Shown: positions 18,701 to 29,239, counted from the first letter of the stretch. The stretch is DNA of 64,000 nt from Cytophagales bacterium (GCA_013297755.1 JAAFIH010000003.1:27657-91656), one strand, 5' to 3'. The notes: generated by a model from the letters alone, not told the origin. Translations and numbers: made by a program.

Positions 18701-19728
18701 ATAGGTTCTTGTTGGCTCAAGCAATGGATAGTGCCAAGTCCCCACACAATGGCTTTGCAATTTATACCAATAACTTTTCGAGTTGAAAAGCATTTTTGCA
18801 AAATTGACAAAGCTAAGTCATCGTTTTTATCTTCAAAAGTTGGTACTAGTACTACATCATTTGCTATTAAAAAATTGGCATAGCTGGCAGGTAATCTTGT
18901 GTCATCAACAACTAAAGGCTTAGGCATGGGCAATTCTATAATATTAAAATGTTTTCCATCTTGGTCTTTTAGAGTAGAAAGTGTATGAGCATTTTCTTTT
19001 AAAATGGTATAATTTTCGTCTGATTTATGGTGTTCTATGATATTTACAACTGTGTTTTCGTTTACAAAACGCGTCAAATCATCTATGTGTCCATCTGTAT
19101 CATCGCCAACTATACCATCTTCGAGCCACAAAATGTTGGTTGCACCCAAGTATTGATATAAATAATTTTCGATTTGGCTTTGATTGAGATGTGGATTTCG
19201 GTTTTTGTTGAGCAAACAGGCTTTGGTAGTTAGCAAAGTTCCTTTGCCATTGACTTCGATTGAGCCACCCTCCAATACAATGCCTGGTGTAACAAAAGGC
19301 AGGTTTAATGCTTTGGCAACCAACTGTGGAATAGCGTTATCCAAATCAAAAGGTGGATATTTGCCCCCCCAAGCATTATAATACCAATCTAAAATTGTTT
19401 TGTTGTTTTGAATATCTTTTACAAATATTGGCCCATGATCTCTACACCAAGCATCGTTGGTAGGATGATTGAAAAAAGTAATATTTTTTGTATCGAATCC
19501 TAAATTTTGTATAGTTTGAGTAGCAAAATTTTTCATTTTGTCGTTGGCTACATTTACGCAAATAGGCTGATACTGAGCTAATGTGCCTAGCAAAGTGGCA
19601 TATTGAGTAATCATGGCTTCGTATTTACCATCATTGGTCCATGTATCAAGGTTTTGAGCCCACGAAAACCAAGTGGCTCGTTGCTGTGCCCATTCGGCAG
19701 GCATGGTATAAAGAATATTATTTTGCAA
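18697..19728 (-). CDS. aguA: Agmatine deiminase / PAD_porph family protein
   Basis: MPAEWAQQRATWFSW, DAWCRDHGPIFV, GGSIEVNGKGTLLTT, DGHIDDLTRF, and a C-terminal GTIHCLSQQEP with the catalytic Cys. Confidence 0.85.
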   Translation of the reverse strand: MQNNILYTMPAEWAQQRATWFSWAQNLDTWTNDGKYEAMITQYATLLGTLAQYQPICVNVANDKMKNFATQTIQNLGFDTKNITFFNHPTNDAWCRDHGPIFVKDIQNNKTILDWYYNAWGGKYPPFDLDNAIPQLVAKALNLPFVTPGIVLEGGSIEVNGKGTLLTTKACLLNKNRNPHLNQSQIENYLYQYLGATNILWLEDGIVGDDTDGHIDDLTRFVNENTVVNIIEHHKSDENYTILKENAHTLSTLKDQDGKHFNIIELPMPKPLVVDDTRLPASYANFLIANDVVLVPTFEDKNDDLALSILQKCFSTRKVIGINCKAIVWGLGTIHCLSQQEPM

Positions 19729-19780
19729 AATTAAATTTATTTACTGTTTAAAAAATATTTTAAGTAAGATTATATATAAA

Positions 19781-20392
19781 TTAAGGAATATTAAGATATT
19801 TATGGGTTTGAACAGAAATTTGCCAATGAGGATTGTTTTTTACAAAATCAGTCATTAATGGGTACATCAAATCTCGCTTCGACCACTCTGCTTGTAAGTA
19901 ATATTTACAATTTTTGGATTGTATTTTTTTTATTTCAGTTTCTGCAAATTTAAAATCTGAGGCATTGAAAACTATCATTTTAAATTCATTAGCCAAATCA
20001 TAGATGGATTGAAGCGGCATTTTAAATTTTTTGGGTGAAAGCGTTATCCAATCCCAACAACCTGATATAGGATGAGCACCAGAGGTTTCTATATGCGTAA
20101 GTAAGTTTTGGGACTTTAATGCCATAGTTAAGTCATCTAAATTGTGCAACAAAGGTTCGCCACCTGTGATTACAACTATTTTGGCATTAAACTTTAAAAT
20201 TTCTGATACAATTTGGTTTACAGACATAAGATTATGACCCTGTAGAGGCCAACTTTCTTTGACATCGCACCAAGTACAACCTACATCGCAGCCACCTAGT
20301 CGAACAAAATAAGCTGCATTACCAGCATAAGCCCCCTCACCTTGGATGGTATAAAAGTGTTCCATCACGGGTAAAAGGGCTTGTGAGGTCAT
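19781..20392 (-). CDS. queE: 7-carboxy-7-deazaguanine synthase (radical SAM)
   Basis: FYTIQGEGAYAGNAAYFVRLGGCDVGCTWCDVKESW (QueE-type CxxxCxxC cluster), about 200 aa. Confidence 0.85.
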   Translation of the reverse strand: MTSQALLPVMEHFYTIQGEGAYAGNAAYFVRLGGCDVGCTWCDVKESWPLQGHNLMSVNQIVSEILKFNAKIVVITGGEPLLHNLDDLTMALKSQNLLTHIETSGAHPISGCWDWITLSPKKFKMPLQSIYDLANEFKMIVFNASDFKFAETEIKKIQSKNCKYYLQAEWSKRDLMYPLMTDFVKNNPHWQISVQTHKYLNIP

Positions 20393-20409
20393 AAATAAGT
20401 TATATGAAT

Positions 20410-21876
20410 TTATTTCTTTTTATTACTATAAGTTTCATAATTTGTCAAAAAATCTTCGAGCTGTTCTACTCCAAGTCTTTTAGCAATTATTTTTTTATTC
20501 TCATCCAAAATATACATGGTTGGGGTGCTATAAATATCATACATTTTTTGGGCATTTGATTCTCCACGTGCATTATTTACATTTATCCAATTCAATTTAT
20601 GGGTTTTTATAAAATTTTTCCAGGCTGGCAAATCGTTTTGGGTATTGATAGCATAGACCTCAAATTTAAGTTTTTCTTTTGATTTGTTGTATAATTCGGC
20701 CAATTTGGGTGTTTCTTTTTGGCAATGCCCACAATTAGGATCCCAAAAAAACAATACTGTGTATTTTGATTTTATATTTGTAAATGTTCTATCTTTACCA
20801 GAGGTGTCTTGCATGACTATAATGGGAGCAAACGAATTTAGAAGCACATATCTCAAGGTGTTATACCTATCTCTAATTTTATTTTCGGTGTCTTCGTTTA
20901 TCCAATAGGCTTTGCCAGTAAGATAATAAGTTTCGGCCATGTGCACAAAAACGGCATCCATACCCATCACTTGCGATGTTTCGTATTGATTGGTAACATA
21001 CCATATAATATACTTAAAAATTTCGCCTTTCTGATTAGTAATTTTTGCTGTTAATTTATCAACTTCTTTGTTGATAGAATCTGGAACTTGAATAATCATT
21101 TGTTTGATAAATTTTTCGAGTTTTCCATGAAAAACAGGTGTACGAATAAGGCCATCTTCGTTCAAATCTATATTATCCCAATAATGTGTTTTGTAATACC
21201 TGTAAGGAAATGTAGAGTCTGGGCGGCCATTGGCCAACTTTGGGGTTTCGGGTATTTCTGGATCAAGCATAGAGTTGAATACTTTGGCTACAAATTTATC
21301 TGGATTTTTTTTGATAAAATCTTTACGATATTCTGCTACTTCTTTTTCTATGGTAATAAGCTGTGCTTTGTAAGTAGGTACTTTTGAAGTGTCATTTTTG
21401 AGTGCATCATCGTATTTTTTGCGTAAATCTTCGCCAGCTTTACCTTTGGTAACTACAAATTTAAGGTATTCATAAAAAGCAGTGTTTTCGGTCGAACCAG
21501 CTACTTTCATATTTTGGGTATAATCTTTGATGTCGGTTTCTAAAGAAAAAGTTTGTTCATTGCTTATGATTATTTCAAAATATTGTTTTCCTGGCAATAC
21601 CACCAAATAAATACCACGACCAAGGGTTTCTTTGCCATCAAATTTTAGATTTCCACCTTGAGTGGCAATACTTGTGTCTTTGAGGTATTGTTTATCGCCA
21701 TAGTAATTGGCCAAGTAAACTGTATCTCCTGTTTTGAGGCCATTTACTTTAATTTTGATATTGTAACCTGCCATAGAAGTGGCACTTTTTACAGATTTAT
21801 CGGTATTTTTTTTTGTTTGAGCTTGCACAAAAAAACCAACCAAAACAAGTAATGAAATTGAAATTCTATTAATCAT
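20410..21876 (-). CDS. Secreted thioredoxin-fold (TlpA/AhpC-TSA-like) protein with long N-terminal extension
   Basis: Signal MINRISISLLVLVGFFVQAQ and a C-terminal thioredoxin domain with FFWDPNCGHCQKETPKL. Confidence 0.75.
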   Translation of the reverse strand: MINRISISLLVLVGFFVQAQTKKNTDKSVKSATSMAGYNIKIKVNGLKTGDTVYLANYYGDKQYLKDTSIATQGGNLKFDGKETLGRGIYLVVLPGKQYFEIIISNEQTFSLETDIKDYTQNMKVAGSTENTAFYEYLKFVVTKGKAGEDLRKKYDDALKNDTSKVPTYKAQLITIEKEVAEYRKDFIKKNPDKFVAKVFNSMLDPEIPETPKLANGRPDSTFPYRYYKTHYWDNIDLNEDGLIRTPVFHGKLEKFIKQMIIQVPDSINKEVDKLTAKITNQKGEIFKYIIWYVTNQYETSQVMGMDAVFVHMAETYYLTGKAYWINEDTENKIRDRYNTLRYVLLNSFAPIIVMQDTSGKDRTFTNIKSKYTVLFFWDPNCGHCQKETPKLAELYNKSKEKLKFEVYAINTQNDLPAWKNFIKTHKLNWINVNNARGESNAQKMYDIYSTPTMYILDENKKIIAKRLGVEQLEDFLTNYETYSNKKK

Positions 21877-22267
21877 AGTATAAATGCGTAGGTATTTTGA
21901 AATTGAATTTTTTAACGTACAAAACTATACAATAGTATCAAAAGTTAAAAATTTTATTATTAACTTTTTTTGATATATTTGATTTACATTTTATAAATAG
22001 AAAAAATAACATAAGTTTTTGTTTAGAAATCTAATGAATTGAAATTTCATTATTTTGATATTCTCAATTCATTAAAATATACATATTTAAAGTTATTATA
22101 AATCAAATCTTACTATTTATTTATATAAAAAAACATAATTAATACTACATCAAAAACCATTATTCTCAAAAAGAAACAAAATCTAAAAAATAGAGTATAT
22201 CTACATATCACAATAGATACAAATTAATATATATTGCCAAAAATATTCTTGCTAAAAAAACAATCCA

Positions 22268-23929
22268 ATGGCACTAGCCCCATTTTCAGGAAATTTAGGA
22301 ATTAAAAATGCAGCCCATTTGCTTCGTAGGGCTACTTTTGGTGCTACCAAAGCCACCATAGATAGTTATGCTGGCTTGTCGGCTACGGCTGCAGTTGATT
22401 TACTTGCTGCTGTTGTTACCACAGAACCATTACCGCCCAAAGATTTAAAAACTGGGCTTTCGTGGTTGCCTGCACCCATAGAAGATGTCAATAGCAAATC
22501 TTTTGAACTTGGAGGTATGTTCAGAGCGTGGGCTTTGGCTCAGTGCCTAGAATCTACCATTAATATTAAAGAAAAAATGGTATTTTTGATGCACATTTTT
22601 TTTCCTACAATTTCTGAAACTGTAGATGATGGTACGCCTATGTATTATCAAAACAAACTATTTAGGTACTATGCCACTGGCAATATCAAAACTTTGGTCA
22701 AAAAAATGTGTATAGATAATGCCATGCTTGATTTGTTGGATGGCAGACTTAATGAAGTTGGTGTACCCAACGAAAACTTTGCAAGAGAACTTTTTGAACT
22801 ACATACCATTGGCAAGGGCCCTCAAATAGGCTTAAATGACTATACAAATTATACAGAAAACGATATACAAGTGGCTGCTCGCATACTTTCGGGCTGGACT
22901 AATGACAATAAATATGGCACTAATATTACTAATTCAAACATAGACATAGACACCAAAATACCTTTGGGAGTACTCAAAGGCGATGGTTTGTATGCTTCTA
23001 GGCACGATGCCTCGCCTACTCCAGAGCGAAAATTTAGTGCTGCTTTTCAAAACAAAATTTTGGCTCATCCTGCCTCTGAAATTGTAAGTGGAAAAGCCAC
23101 CAAAGTTTCTGTTCAGAAGCAAGTAGATGAGTTAATAGACCTGATTTTTGAGCAAAGGGCAACGGCAATCAATTTTTGCAAAAAAATATATCGATATTTT
23201 GTTTATTATCACATAACTCCAGAGGTTGAAACTGCCGTTATATCGCCTTTGGCTGATACTTTTATTGCCAATAATTTTGAAATATTACCAGTAGTAAAAG
23301 AATTATTGGCCAGTCAATATTTTTACGATGCCAACAACACAGCCACTGATGATAATATACATGGTGGAATCATAAAATCGCCATTAGACCTGACCCTGGG
23401 AACTTTAAGATTTTTTGAATCAAAAATTCCTGATGCAAATACGCCTTTGAAGGAATATTACGATTATTATGGACAACTCTTAGGTTCGCTCAACAATCAA
23501 GGAATGGATTTTTATAATCCTTTGGATGTAGCTGGATATGATGCTTATCATCAATTTCCAGCTTATAATCGCAATTGGATTACCGTCAATACTTTGGCAT
23601 TTAGATATGATTTTGCTTTAAAATTCTGTAAAAATAATTTAGAAAAATTACCAAAAATTAATTTTGCAAATTATGTCAAAACCAATGTTACAAATGCAAA
23701 AGTAGCATCCAATGTGGTACAGTTTTTTGTAGATTATCTCTATTCTGAAACAATTTCTACTACTGGAGTAGGCAATAGGTTTGATTATTTTGTAGCAATT
23801 ATTACAGATATAGACTGGACAGACGAATGGAACAAATATTTGAGTAGCAATATGTCAGACTTTGTAAATTCAAAACTTGAAGACTTGTTGGCCGCCATGA
23901 CACAAAGTCCTGAATATCAATTAATGTAA
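22268..23929 (+). CDS. DUF1800 family protein (no signal peptide)
   Basis: N-terminal AAHLLRRATFGAT and LFELHTIGKG are DUF1800 hallmarks. It sits immediately upstream of a DUF1501 gene, the usual pairing. Confidence 0.8.
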   Translation: MALAPFSGNLGIKNAAHLLRRATFGATKATIDSYAGLSATAAVDLLAAVVTTEPLPPKDLKTGLSWLPAPIEDVNSKSFELGGMFRAWALAQCLESTINIKEKMVFLMHIFFPTISETVDDGTPMYYQNKLFRYYATGNIKTLVKKMCIDNAMLDLLDGRLNEVGVPNENFARELFELHTIGKGPQIGLNDYTNYTENDIQVAARILSGWTNDNKYGTNITNSNIDIDTKIPLGVLKGDGLYASRHDASPTPERKFSAAFQNKILAHPASEIVSGKATKVSVQKQVDELIDLIFEQRATAINFCKKIYRYFVYYHITPEVETAVISPLADTFIANNFEILPVVKELLASQYFYDANNTATDDNIHGGIIKSPLDLTLGTLRFFESKIPDANTPLKEYYDYYGQLLGSLNNQGMDFYNPLDVAGYDAYHQFPAYNRNWITVNTLAFRYDFALKFCKNNLEKLPKINFANYVKTNVTNAKVASNVVQFFVDYLYSETISTTGVGNRFDYFVAIITDIDWTDEWNKYLSSNMSDFVNSKLEDLLAAMTQSPEYQLM

Positions 23930-23935
23930 AAAAAT

Positions 23936-25582
23936 ATGGAACGTAGAGATTTTATAAAAAATTTATCTTTGGCCACGGCCGCACCCATTTTTTTGAATGG
24001 TATTCCTATCAATTTGTGGGCTCAAAGTTCGGCACTGCAAGCTGCAGCCAGTACCGCCAACAATGATAGAGTGTTGGTATTGGTGCAACTACATGGTGGC
24101 AACGATGGCCTCAATACCATAGTTCCACTCAATCAATTTAGCGAATATTATAATTTAAGACCCAATATTGCCCTTTCTCAAACTGGAAATCGTAAAGTTA
24201 TTACCCTTGATAGTACCCTTAGCGACAAGCAAAATGTGGGATTGCATCCAGATATGGTTGGGCTAAAACAACTTTATGATCAAGGTAAAGCTACTATAAT
24301 ACAGGGCGTAACCTACAAAAACAGCAACCAATCGCACTTTAGAAGCCGAGATATTTGGTATATGGGTGGCAGCTACAACGAAAACTTAGAGGCAGGTTGG
24401 GCAGGTCGCTTTTTAGATAAAGAATACCCTAATTATCCCCAAAATTATCCTTCAACGGATATGCCCGACCCATTGGCTTTAGAGATTGGCTCGGCTGTAT
24501 CATTAATGTACCATCGAAATAATGGTATTCCTGTGGCCATTTCAATCAATAATCCAGAGCAATTTTATAATTTAATCCAAGAAGTTGGCAATAGTGCACT
24601 GCCAAGTGCCTTAGAATCGACATACTATGGACAAGAATTGAGATGGATTATGGAAATAGAAAAAAAATCAGACCCTTATGCCAGCCAACTCAAAAAAATA
24701 TTTGACAAAGGCAGCAATAGCACCTCGGTCTATCCAACTTTATATAACTTAAATGCACCAAACAAATTTCTAAAAAATCCACTTGCACCTCAATTAAAAT
24801 TGGTGGCTAGATTATTGGCAGGGGGCATCAAAACCAAAATATTTCTTGTAAAACTGGGCGGATTTGATACCCATGCCGAACAAGTAGAAAGCTACAACGC
24901 TTCTTTTGGTAATCATTCGGCACTTTTATTTCATTTGTCATCGGCACTCAAAGCATTTCAAGATGATTTGAAATTGCTAGGCGTAGAAGACCGTGTTTTG
25001 ACAGCTACCTTTTCTGAATTTGGCCGTAGACCAGAATCCAATGGCAGCTATGGCAGCGATCATGGCAGTGCTGCACCTATGATTATAGTAGGAAAACATG
25101 TAAAACCTGGCATTATCAACAATAACCCAGACTTAAACAATCTGGAATCTGGCAACCTTAGGATGCAAACTGATTATCGCCAAATATATCATACAGTGCT
25201 CGAAGACTGGCTCAAGGCATCGCCCGAAGCCCTAAAAGCCACTGGTTTTGATGCTTACGAAAAGGTAGATTTTATCAACAATGCCCTTACCTCATCAAAA
25301 ACTGCTTTTGTGGCCGAGCGTTTTTCGGTTTCTGATGCAGTACCAAATCCTGCTTTTGATTTTACAAATTTTGTTATTCAATCGCCTTTAGATACAAATG
25401 TAAAAATAGATATCTATAATTCAGATGGTATTTTAATCAAAACAACTTTTGATGGTAAATTACAAACAGGAAAAAATACAATAAAATTAGAAATTTCTGA
25501 TATTTCTGCTGGATTATATCAAATTGTTTTTAATTTTAAGGATACTAAAATCACAAAAAAAGTCATTAAGAAAATTCTTTAA
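23936..25582 (+). CDS. DUF1501 (sulfatase/phosphatase-fold) protein with Tat-type signal and T9SS C-terminal domain
   Basis: MERRDFIKNLSLATAAPIF (RRxFIK twin-arginine motif). LHGGNDGLNT, GGFDTHAEQ and SEFGRRPESNGSYGSDHG are DUF1501 motifs. The last ~80 aa (VPNPAFDFTNFVIQ...AGLYQIVFNFKDTKITKKVIKKI) look like a T9SS CTD. Confidence 0.8.
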   Translation: MERRDFIKNLSLATAAPIFLNGIPINLWAQSSALQAAASTANNDRVLVLVQLHGGNDGLNTIVPLNQFSEYYNLRPNIALSQTGNRKVITLDSTLSDKQNVGLHPDMVGLKQLYDQGKATIIQGVTYKNSNQSHFRSRDIWYMGGSYNENLEAGWAGRFLDKEYPNYPQNYPSTDMPDPLALEIGSAVSLMYHRNNGIPVAISINNPEQFYNLIQEVGNSALPSALESTYYGQELRWIMEIEKKSDPYASQLKKIFDKGSNSTSVYPTLYNLNAPNKFLKNPLAPQLKLVARLLAGGIKTKIFLVKLGGFDTHAEQVESYNASFGNHSALLFHLSSALKAFQDDLKLLGVEDRVLTATFSEFGRRPESNGSYGSDHGSAAPMIIVGKHVKPGIINNNPDLNNLESGNLRMQTDYRQIYHTVLEDWLKASPEALKATGFDAYEKVDFINNALTSSKTAFVAERFSVSDAVPNPAFDFTNFVIQSPLDTNVKIDIYNSDGILIKTTFDGKLQTGKNTIKLEISDISAGLYQIVFNFKDTKITKKVIKKIL

Positions 25583-25603
25583 TTTTTTAATAAAACACTT
25601 ATT

Positions 25604-26452
25604 ATGAAACAATTTTTGATTTTTATATGCCATTTAATCACTTTTATGAGTTTGGCTAAATCAAACACCATGACACCAACCTATGAAAAAACGCAGTTTT
25701 GGTTGGGAATGAAAGGTGGCATAAACTTATCTCACAATCAAATTTTGGAACGCTTTTCTGTCTTTGAATCTACCAATGGAAATGCAGAAACTTACCAAAA
25801 AACTTACAAAAATTTTAATCAAATTGGCACACAATTTCAATTTTGTTTTCAGTTTAATTACAAAAGTTTTGCTTTAGTTTTTGCTCCTGGTTATAAAAAC
25901 ATGGGCTATAATTACAAAAATACTTATAAATGGCAAGATCAAGCCACCCCAACCAATAATTTTGAATTGAATTATAATCAAATTCAAACATTAGAATACG
26001 CAATTTTTCCTATCTCAATCAAATATGAATTTTTAAAAAAAACGTTTAAACCCTACATACATGCAGGTATTTTGGCGGCAGTAAGCATAAAAGCATCCAA
26101 AAAATTAGAAATCAGTGGCACAGACAACGCCAGTGGTGGCACCACAAATTTTGAGCGAACACCCATTACATCTGATGCTTCTTCGCTTATTGCAGCCACT
26201 TGGACAGCAGCTTTGGGGGGCATAGGTTTAAATTATGACAAATTAAATATTAGGCTTTTTATAGAAGCCAATTATATGCTTGGTTTTAATAATATTACTA
26301 ATCCAAATACAAGATATACTACCAACCCATTTGCAGGATCTGGCGATGTGCTAGACGATATACGTATTTCAAATATTGATATTTCTTTAGGTGCCATGTT
26401 TCCGCTCAAATTTCTTAATCGAGGTGCTTATATACCTGTTCATCCACACTAA
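25604..26452 (+). CDS. Putative outer-membrane beta-barrel protein
   Basis: Signal peptide plus alternating-hydrophobic beta-strand pattern with aromatic girdle residues (PorT/OMP_b-brl-like). No specific motif. Confidence 0.5.
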   Translation: MKQFLIFICHLITFMSLAKSNTMTPTYEKTQFWLGMKGGINLSHNQILERFSVFESTNGNAETYQKTYKNFNQIGTQFQFCFQFNYKSFALVFAPGYKNMGYNYKNTYKWQDQATPTNNFELNYNQIQTLEYAIFPISIKYEFLKKTFKPYIHAGILAAVSIKASKKLEISGTDNASGGTTNFERTPITSDASSLIAATWTAALGGIGLNYDKLNIRLFIEANYMLGFNNITNPNTRYTTNPFAGSGDVLDDIRISNIDISLGAMFPLKFLNRGAYIPVHPH

Positions 26453-26464
26453 AACATATTATTA

Positions 26465-27652
26465 ATGAAAATAAAAGACAAAATATTACTTATTATTTTT
26501 GCTTGTTTTTCTATTTTTTCGTGCACAAAAACCGAAGACACAGCAAATGTGGAAATGGCCTTTACTAAAATTATAAATCAAAATGATTTTAGTAATGCAA
26601 TCTCAGCACAAGCCATTGTAGAAACATCCAACGGATATTTGATACTTGCTTCAAATCAAATACCCAACGAACAATTCCCAAATATAGTATTGGTAAATAT
26701 TGACAAAAAAGGTAAGTTTGTGTCAGAAAATAAATTAGAATCTAAATTTGTATGTGCCACCAAAGAGCTATTCAAAAATGGAGCTGGCTACAGATTTATT
26801 TGTATGGATGCACTCTCAAGCCGTGCAATAGCCATAGATGTAGACGCAGAGGGAAAAATAACTGCTACACAAACTTTAGAAATAACCTACCCATTGGCAA
26901 GTGCTATTGATACAGATGGTGGATATTTGATACAAGGATTTTCGCAAGAAAATCGTACAACTGTTGTGCATAAATATAATACTGCTATGGGTAATATTTG
27001 GAAAAAAGAGTTTTTTATTTTTGAAACTGTAGATGAAATCATTTTTGGACACCTTACAAATACTGGTAAAAAATATGCTTTTGCAGTTGGCAATCAAAAT
27101 GGAAATTATTACTACAATGGGTTTAGAAACTTTACTTTTGCAACTCTATTTTTTGCCAATGGTTCTCTCAATCAAACAGGTGTGGCCAATGGTTATAGAT
27201 ATTCGGCTGGTATCAATGGAATATTACCTTTGGATGGTAATAATTTTGCAGTTTCACGATTCAATTCAAACCAAATTGTGTTCAATCCTAGATTAGAAAT
27301 CAATCCTAATCAAATTATATCTATATCATCTATTTCGGGCAGAACAATGCTAGAAATAGACCCAAATGCACTGGTTTCTATCAAAAAACTAACTTTAAAT
27401 GGCAAAAATATAGCTATATTTGCATCAAATACCATACAAAATCAAATTGCCATATATGCTTATGATAACCAAACAGGCAATCTCTTGGGTTCAGAATATT
27501 ATGGTTTTAGTATTGCTTGCGAATTTTCAGATATTATTACCACAAACGATGGTGGTTTGATGATGCTTGGAAGTGCTTTTGTTGAGGGTCGATTCAAAAG
27601 AATTTGTATGATAAAACTTGCCAAAAGTCAAACAGAGGCTATTTTAAATTAA
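26465..27652 (+). CDS. Lipoprotein of unknown function
   Basis: Lipobox IFSCTK. 395 aa, beta-rich, repetitive G-x-Y/F segments. Thirteen nt after the preceding gene. Confidence 0.55.
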   Translation: MKIKDKILLIIFACFSIFSCTKTEDTANVEMAFTKIINQNDFSNAISAQAIVETSNGYLILASNQIPNEQFPNIVLVNIDKKGKFVSENKLESKFVCATKELFKNGAGYRFICMDALSSRAIAIDVDAEGKITATQTLEITYPLASAIDTDGGYLIQGFSQENRTTVVHKYNTAMGNIWKKEFFIFETVDEIIFGHLTNTGKKYAFAVGNQNGNYYYNGFRNFTFATLFFANGSLNQTGVANGYRYSAGINGILPLDGNNFAVSRFNSNQIVFNPRLEINPNQIISISSISGRTMLEIDPNALVSIKKLTLNGKNIAIFASNTIQNQIAIYAYDNQTGNLLGSEYYGFSIACEFSDIITTNDGGLMMLGSAFVEGRFKRICMIKLAKSQTEAILN

Positions 27653-27686
27653 AACCTGTATCAATTTAATTTTTAAAATAATTGTA

Positions 27687-27694
27687 TAATTTTG
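27687..27694 (+). promoter_or_regulatory. -7 box TAATTTTG for the ABC ATPase gene
   Basis: TAnnTTTG match 25 nt upstream of the ATG at 27720. Confidence 0.45.
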
Positions 27695-27719
27695 TATTTT
27701 TTTACGATGATAAATTAAA

Positions 27720-28346
27720 ATGAAAATACAAATAAAGATAGATAAAGTAAGTCAAAAGTTTGAAAAACAATGGATTTTTAGGAATATAAGCTATCTTTTT
27801 GAGCAAAATAAATCTTACGCTATTACAGGAAAAAATGGTTCTGGTAAATCTACTTTATTATCGGTTTTGAGTGGTTATCAAACCCCCACAGAAGGTAAAA
27901 TTGATTATTTTGAAGACAAAAAAAAAATAGAAGTAGACAATGTATATCAGCAAATTTCGATAGTAGCACCCTACATTTCGCTTATAGAAGAATATTCTTT
28001 GATAGAAATGCTAAAATTTCATTTTTCGTTTGCTAAAATAAAAGAAAACGAAACCATAGAATCTATCATTGATTTTGTATATTTACAAGATAATAAAAAC
28101 AAAATTATTCGTAATTTTTCGTCTGGGATGAAACAAAGGCTCAAACTGGGTATAGCTATATTTACCGAAAAACCTATATTGATGCTCGATGAACCCACCG
28201 TAAACTTAGATAGAGCTGGGATAGATTGGTATTTGAATAAAATATTACCATTATGTACGAATAAACTAACCATCATTTGCTCCAATCAAGCACAAGAATA
28301 TGCCCATTGTAACGACATTATAAATATTAACGACTTCAAAAATTGA
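27720..28346 (+). CDS. ABC transporter ATP-binding protein (no adjacent permease)
   Basis: Walker A GKNGSGKSTL, signature FSSGMKQRL, Walker B ILMLDEPT. Confidence 0.85.
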   Translation: MKIQIKIDKVSQKFEKQWIFRNISYLFEQNKSYAITGKNGSGKSTLLSVLSGYQTPTEGKIDYFEDKKKIEVDNVYQQISIVAPYISLIEEYSLIEMLKFHFSFAKIKENETIESIIDFVYLQDNKNKIIRNFSSGMKQRLKLGIAIFTEKPILMLDEPTVNLDRAGIDWYLNKILPLCTNKLTIICSNQAQEYAHCNDIININDFKN

Positions 28347-29239
28347 GCTTCACATTTGCAATGACAGGAGTAGCTGGTTATATAGCTCCTCGACATCTAA
28401 AAGCCATAAAAGACACTGGAAACGAACTTGTGGCAGCACTCGACCCACACGATGCAGTAGGAATTTTGGATCAGTATTTCCCAAATACTGATTTTTTTAC
28501 TGAATCAGAAAGATTTGATCGCCACTTAGAAAAACTCAAACGAAATGGTAAGAAAATAGATTATTTTAGCATTTGCTCTCCCAACTACCTCCACGATGCC
28601 CATATACGTATGGCCTTGAGAACTGGGGCACATGCAATATGCGAAAAGCCGTTGGTTTTGAATCCTAAAAATTTAGATTTATTGGCCGAAATAGAGCAAG
28701 AAACCAATAACAGAATATATAATGTGCTTCAACTAAGGCTACATCCTGCAATAATAGAACTCAAAAAAAAATATGAAAATACTACTCAAAAACACGATAT
28801 TCAACTGACCTACATAACCAGTAGAGGTCGCTGGTATGATTACTCTTGGAAAGGAAACGAAGAACGATCAGGTGGAATTTTATCAAATATTGGTATTCAT
28901 TTTTTTGATATGTTGATTTGGATTTTTGGCACAGTAAATAACTATGACATGATAAGCCAAACACCCAAAACTATGCGTGGCAATTTGGATTTGAAAAACG
29001 CTAATATAAAATGGAAACTATCTGTAGAGGATTCAGAACTACCCATAGAAGCTAAACTTAAAAACCAAAAAACTTACCGTTCTATAAAAATTGATAACCA
29101 AGAAATTGAGTTTTCGGATGGATTTACTGATTTGCACACTTTAGTTTATAAAGATATTTTGAGTGGCGGTGGTTTTGGTATTGAAGATGCAAAACCAGCT
29201 ATCAGCATGGTATATCATTTAAGAAAAATCTTAAAATAA
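28343..29239 (+). CDS. Gfo/Idh/MocA family oxidoreductase (WbpB-like sugar dehydrogenase type)
   Basis: MTGVAGYIAPRHLKAIK...ICSPNYLHDAHIRMALRTGAHAICEKPL (the EKP motif). The TTG at 28343 overlaps the upstream stop. The ATG at 28361 is an alternative start. Confidence 0.8.
   Translation: MSFTFAMTGVAGYIAPRHLKAIKDTGNELVAALDPHDAVGILDQYFPNTDFFTESERFDRHLEKLKRNGKKIDYFSICSPNYLHDAHIRMALRTGAHAICEKPLVLNPKNLDLLAEIEQETNNRIYNVLQLRLHPAIIELKKKYENTTQKHDIQLTYITSRGRWYDYSWKGNEERSGGILSNIGIHFFDMLIWIFGTVNNYDMISQTPKTMRGNLDLKNANIKWKLSVEDSELPIEAKLKNQKTYRSIKIDNQEIEFSDGFTDLHTLVYKDILSGGGFGIEDAKPAISMVYHLRKILK

Noticed and set aside
20393-20409. preQ1 riboswitch upstream of queE
   Set aside because: There is only a 17-nt spacer to the preceding gene and no room for an aptamer. 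queE appears co-transcribed.
27918-27927. A10 homopolymer inside the ABC ATPase gene as a phase-variation switch
   Set aside because: It simply encodes KKK in an AT-rich genome where such runs are common, the frame is intact, and there is no supporting evidence. The same reasoning applies to the C7 run at 19364-19370 in the agmatine deiminase gene.
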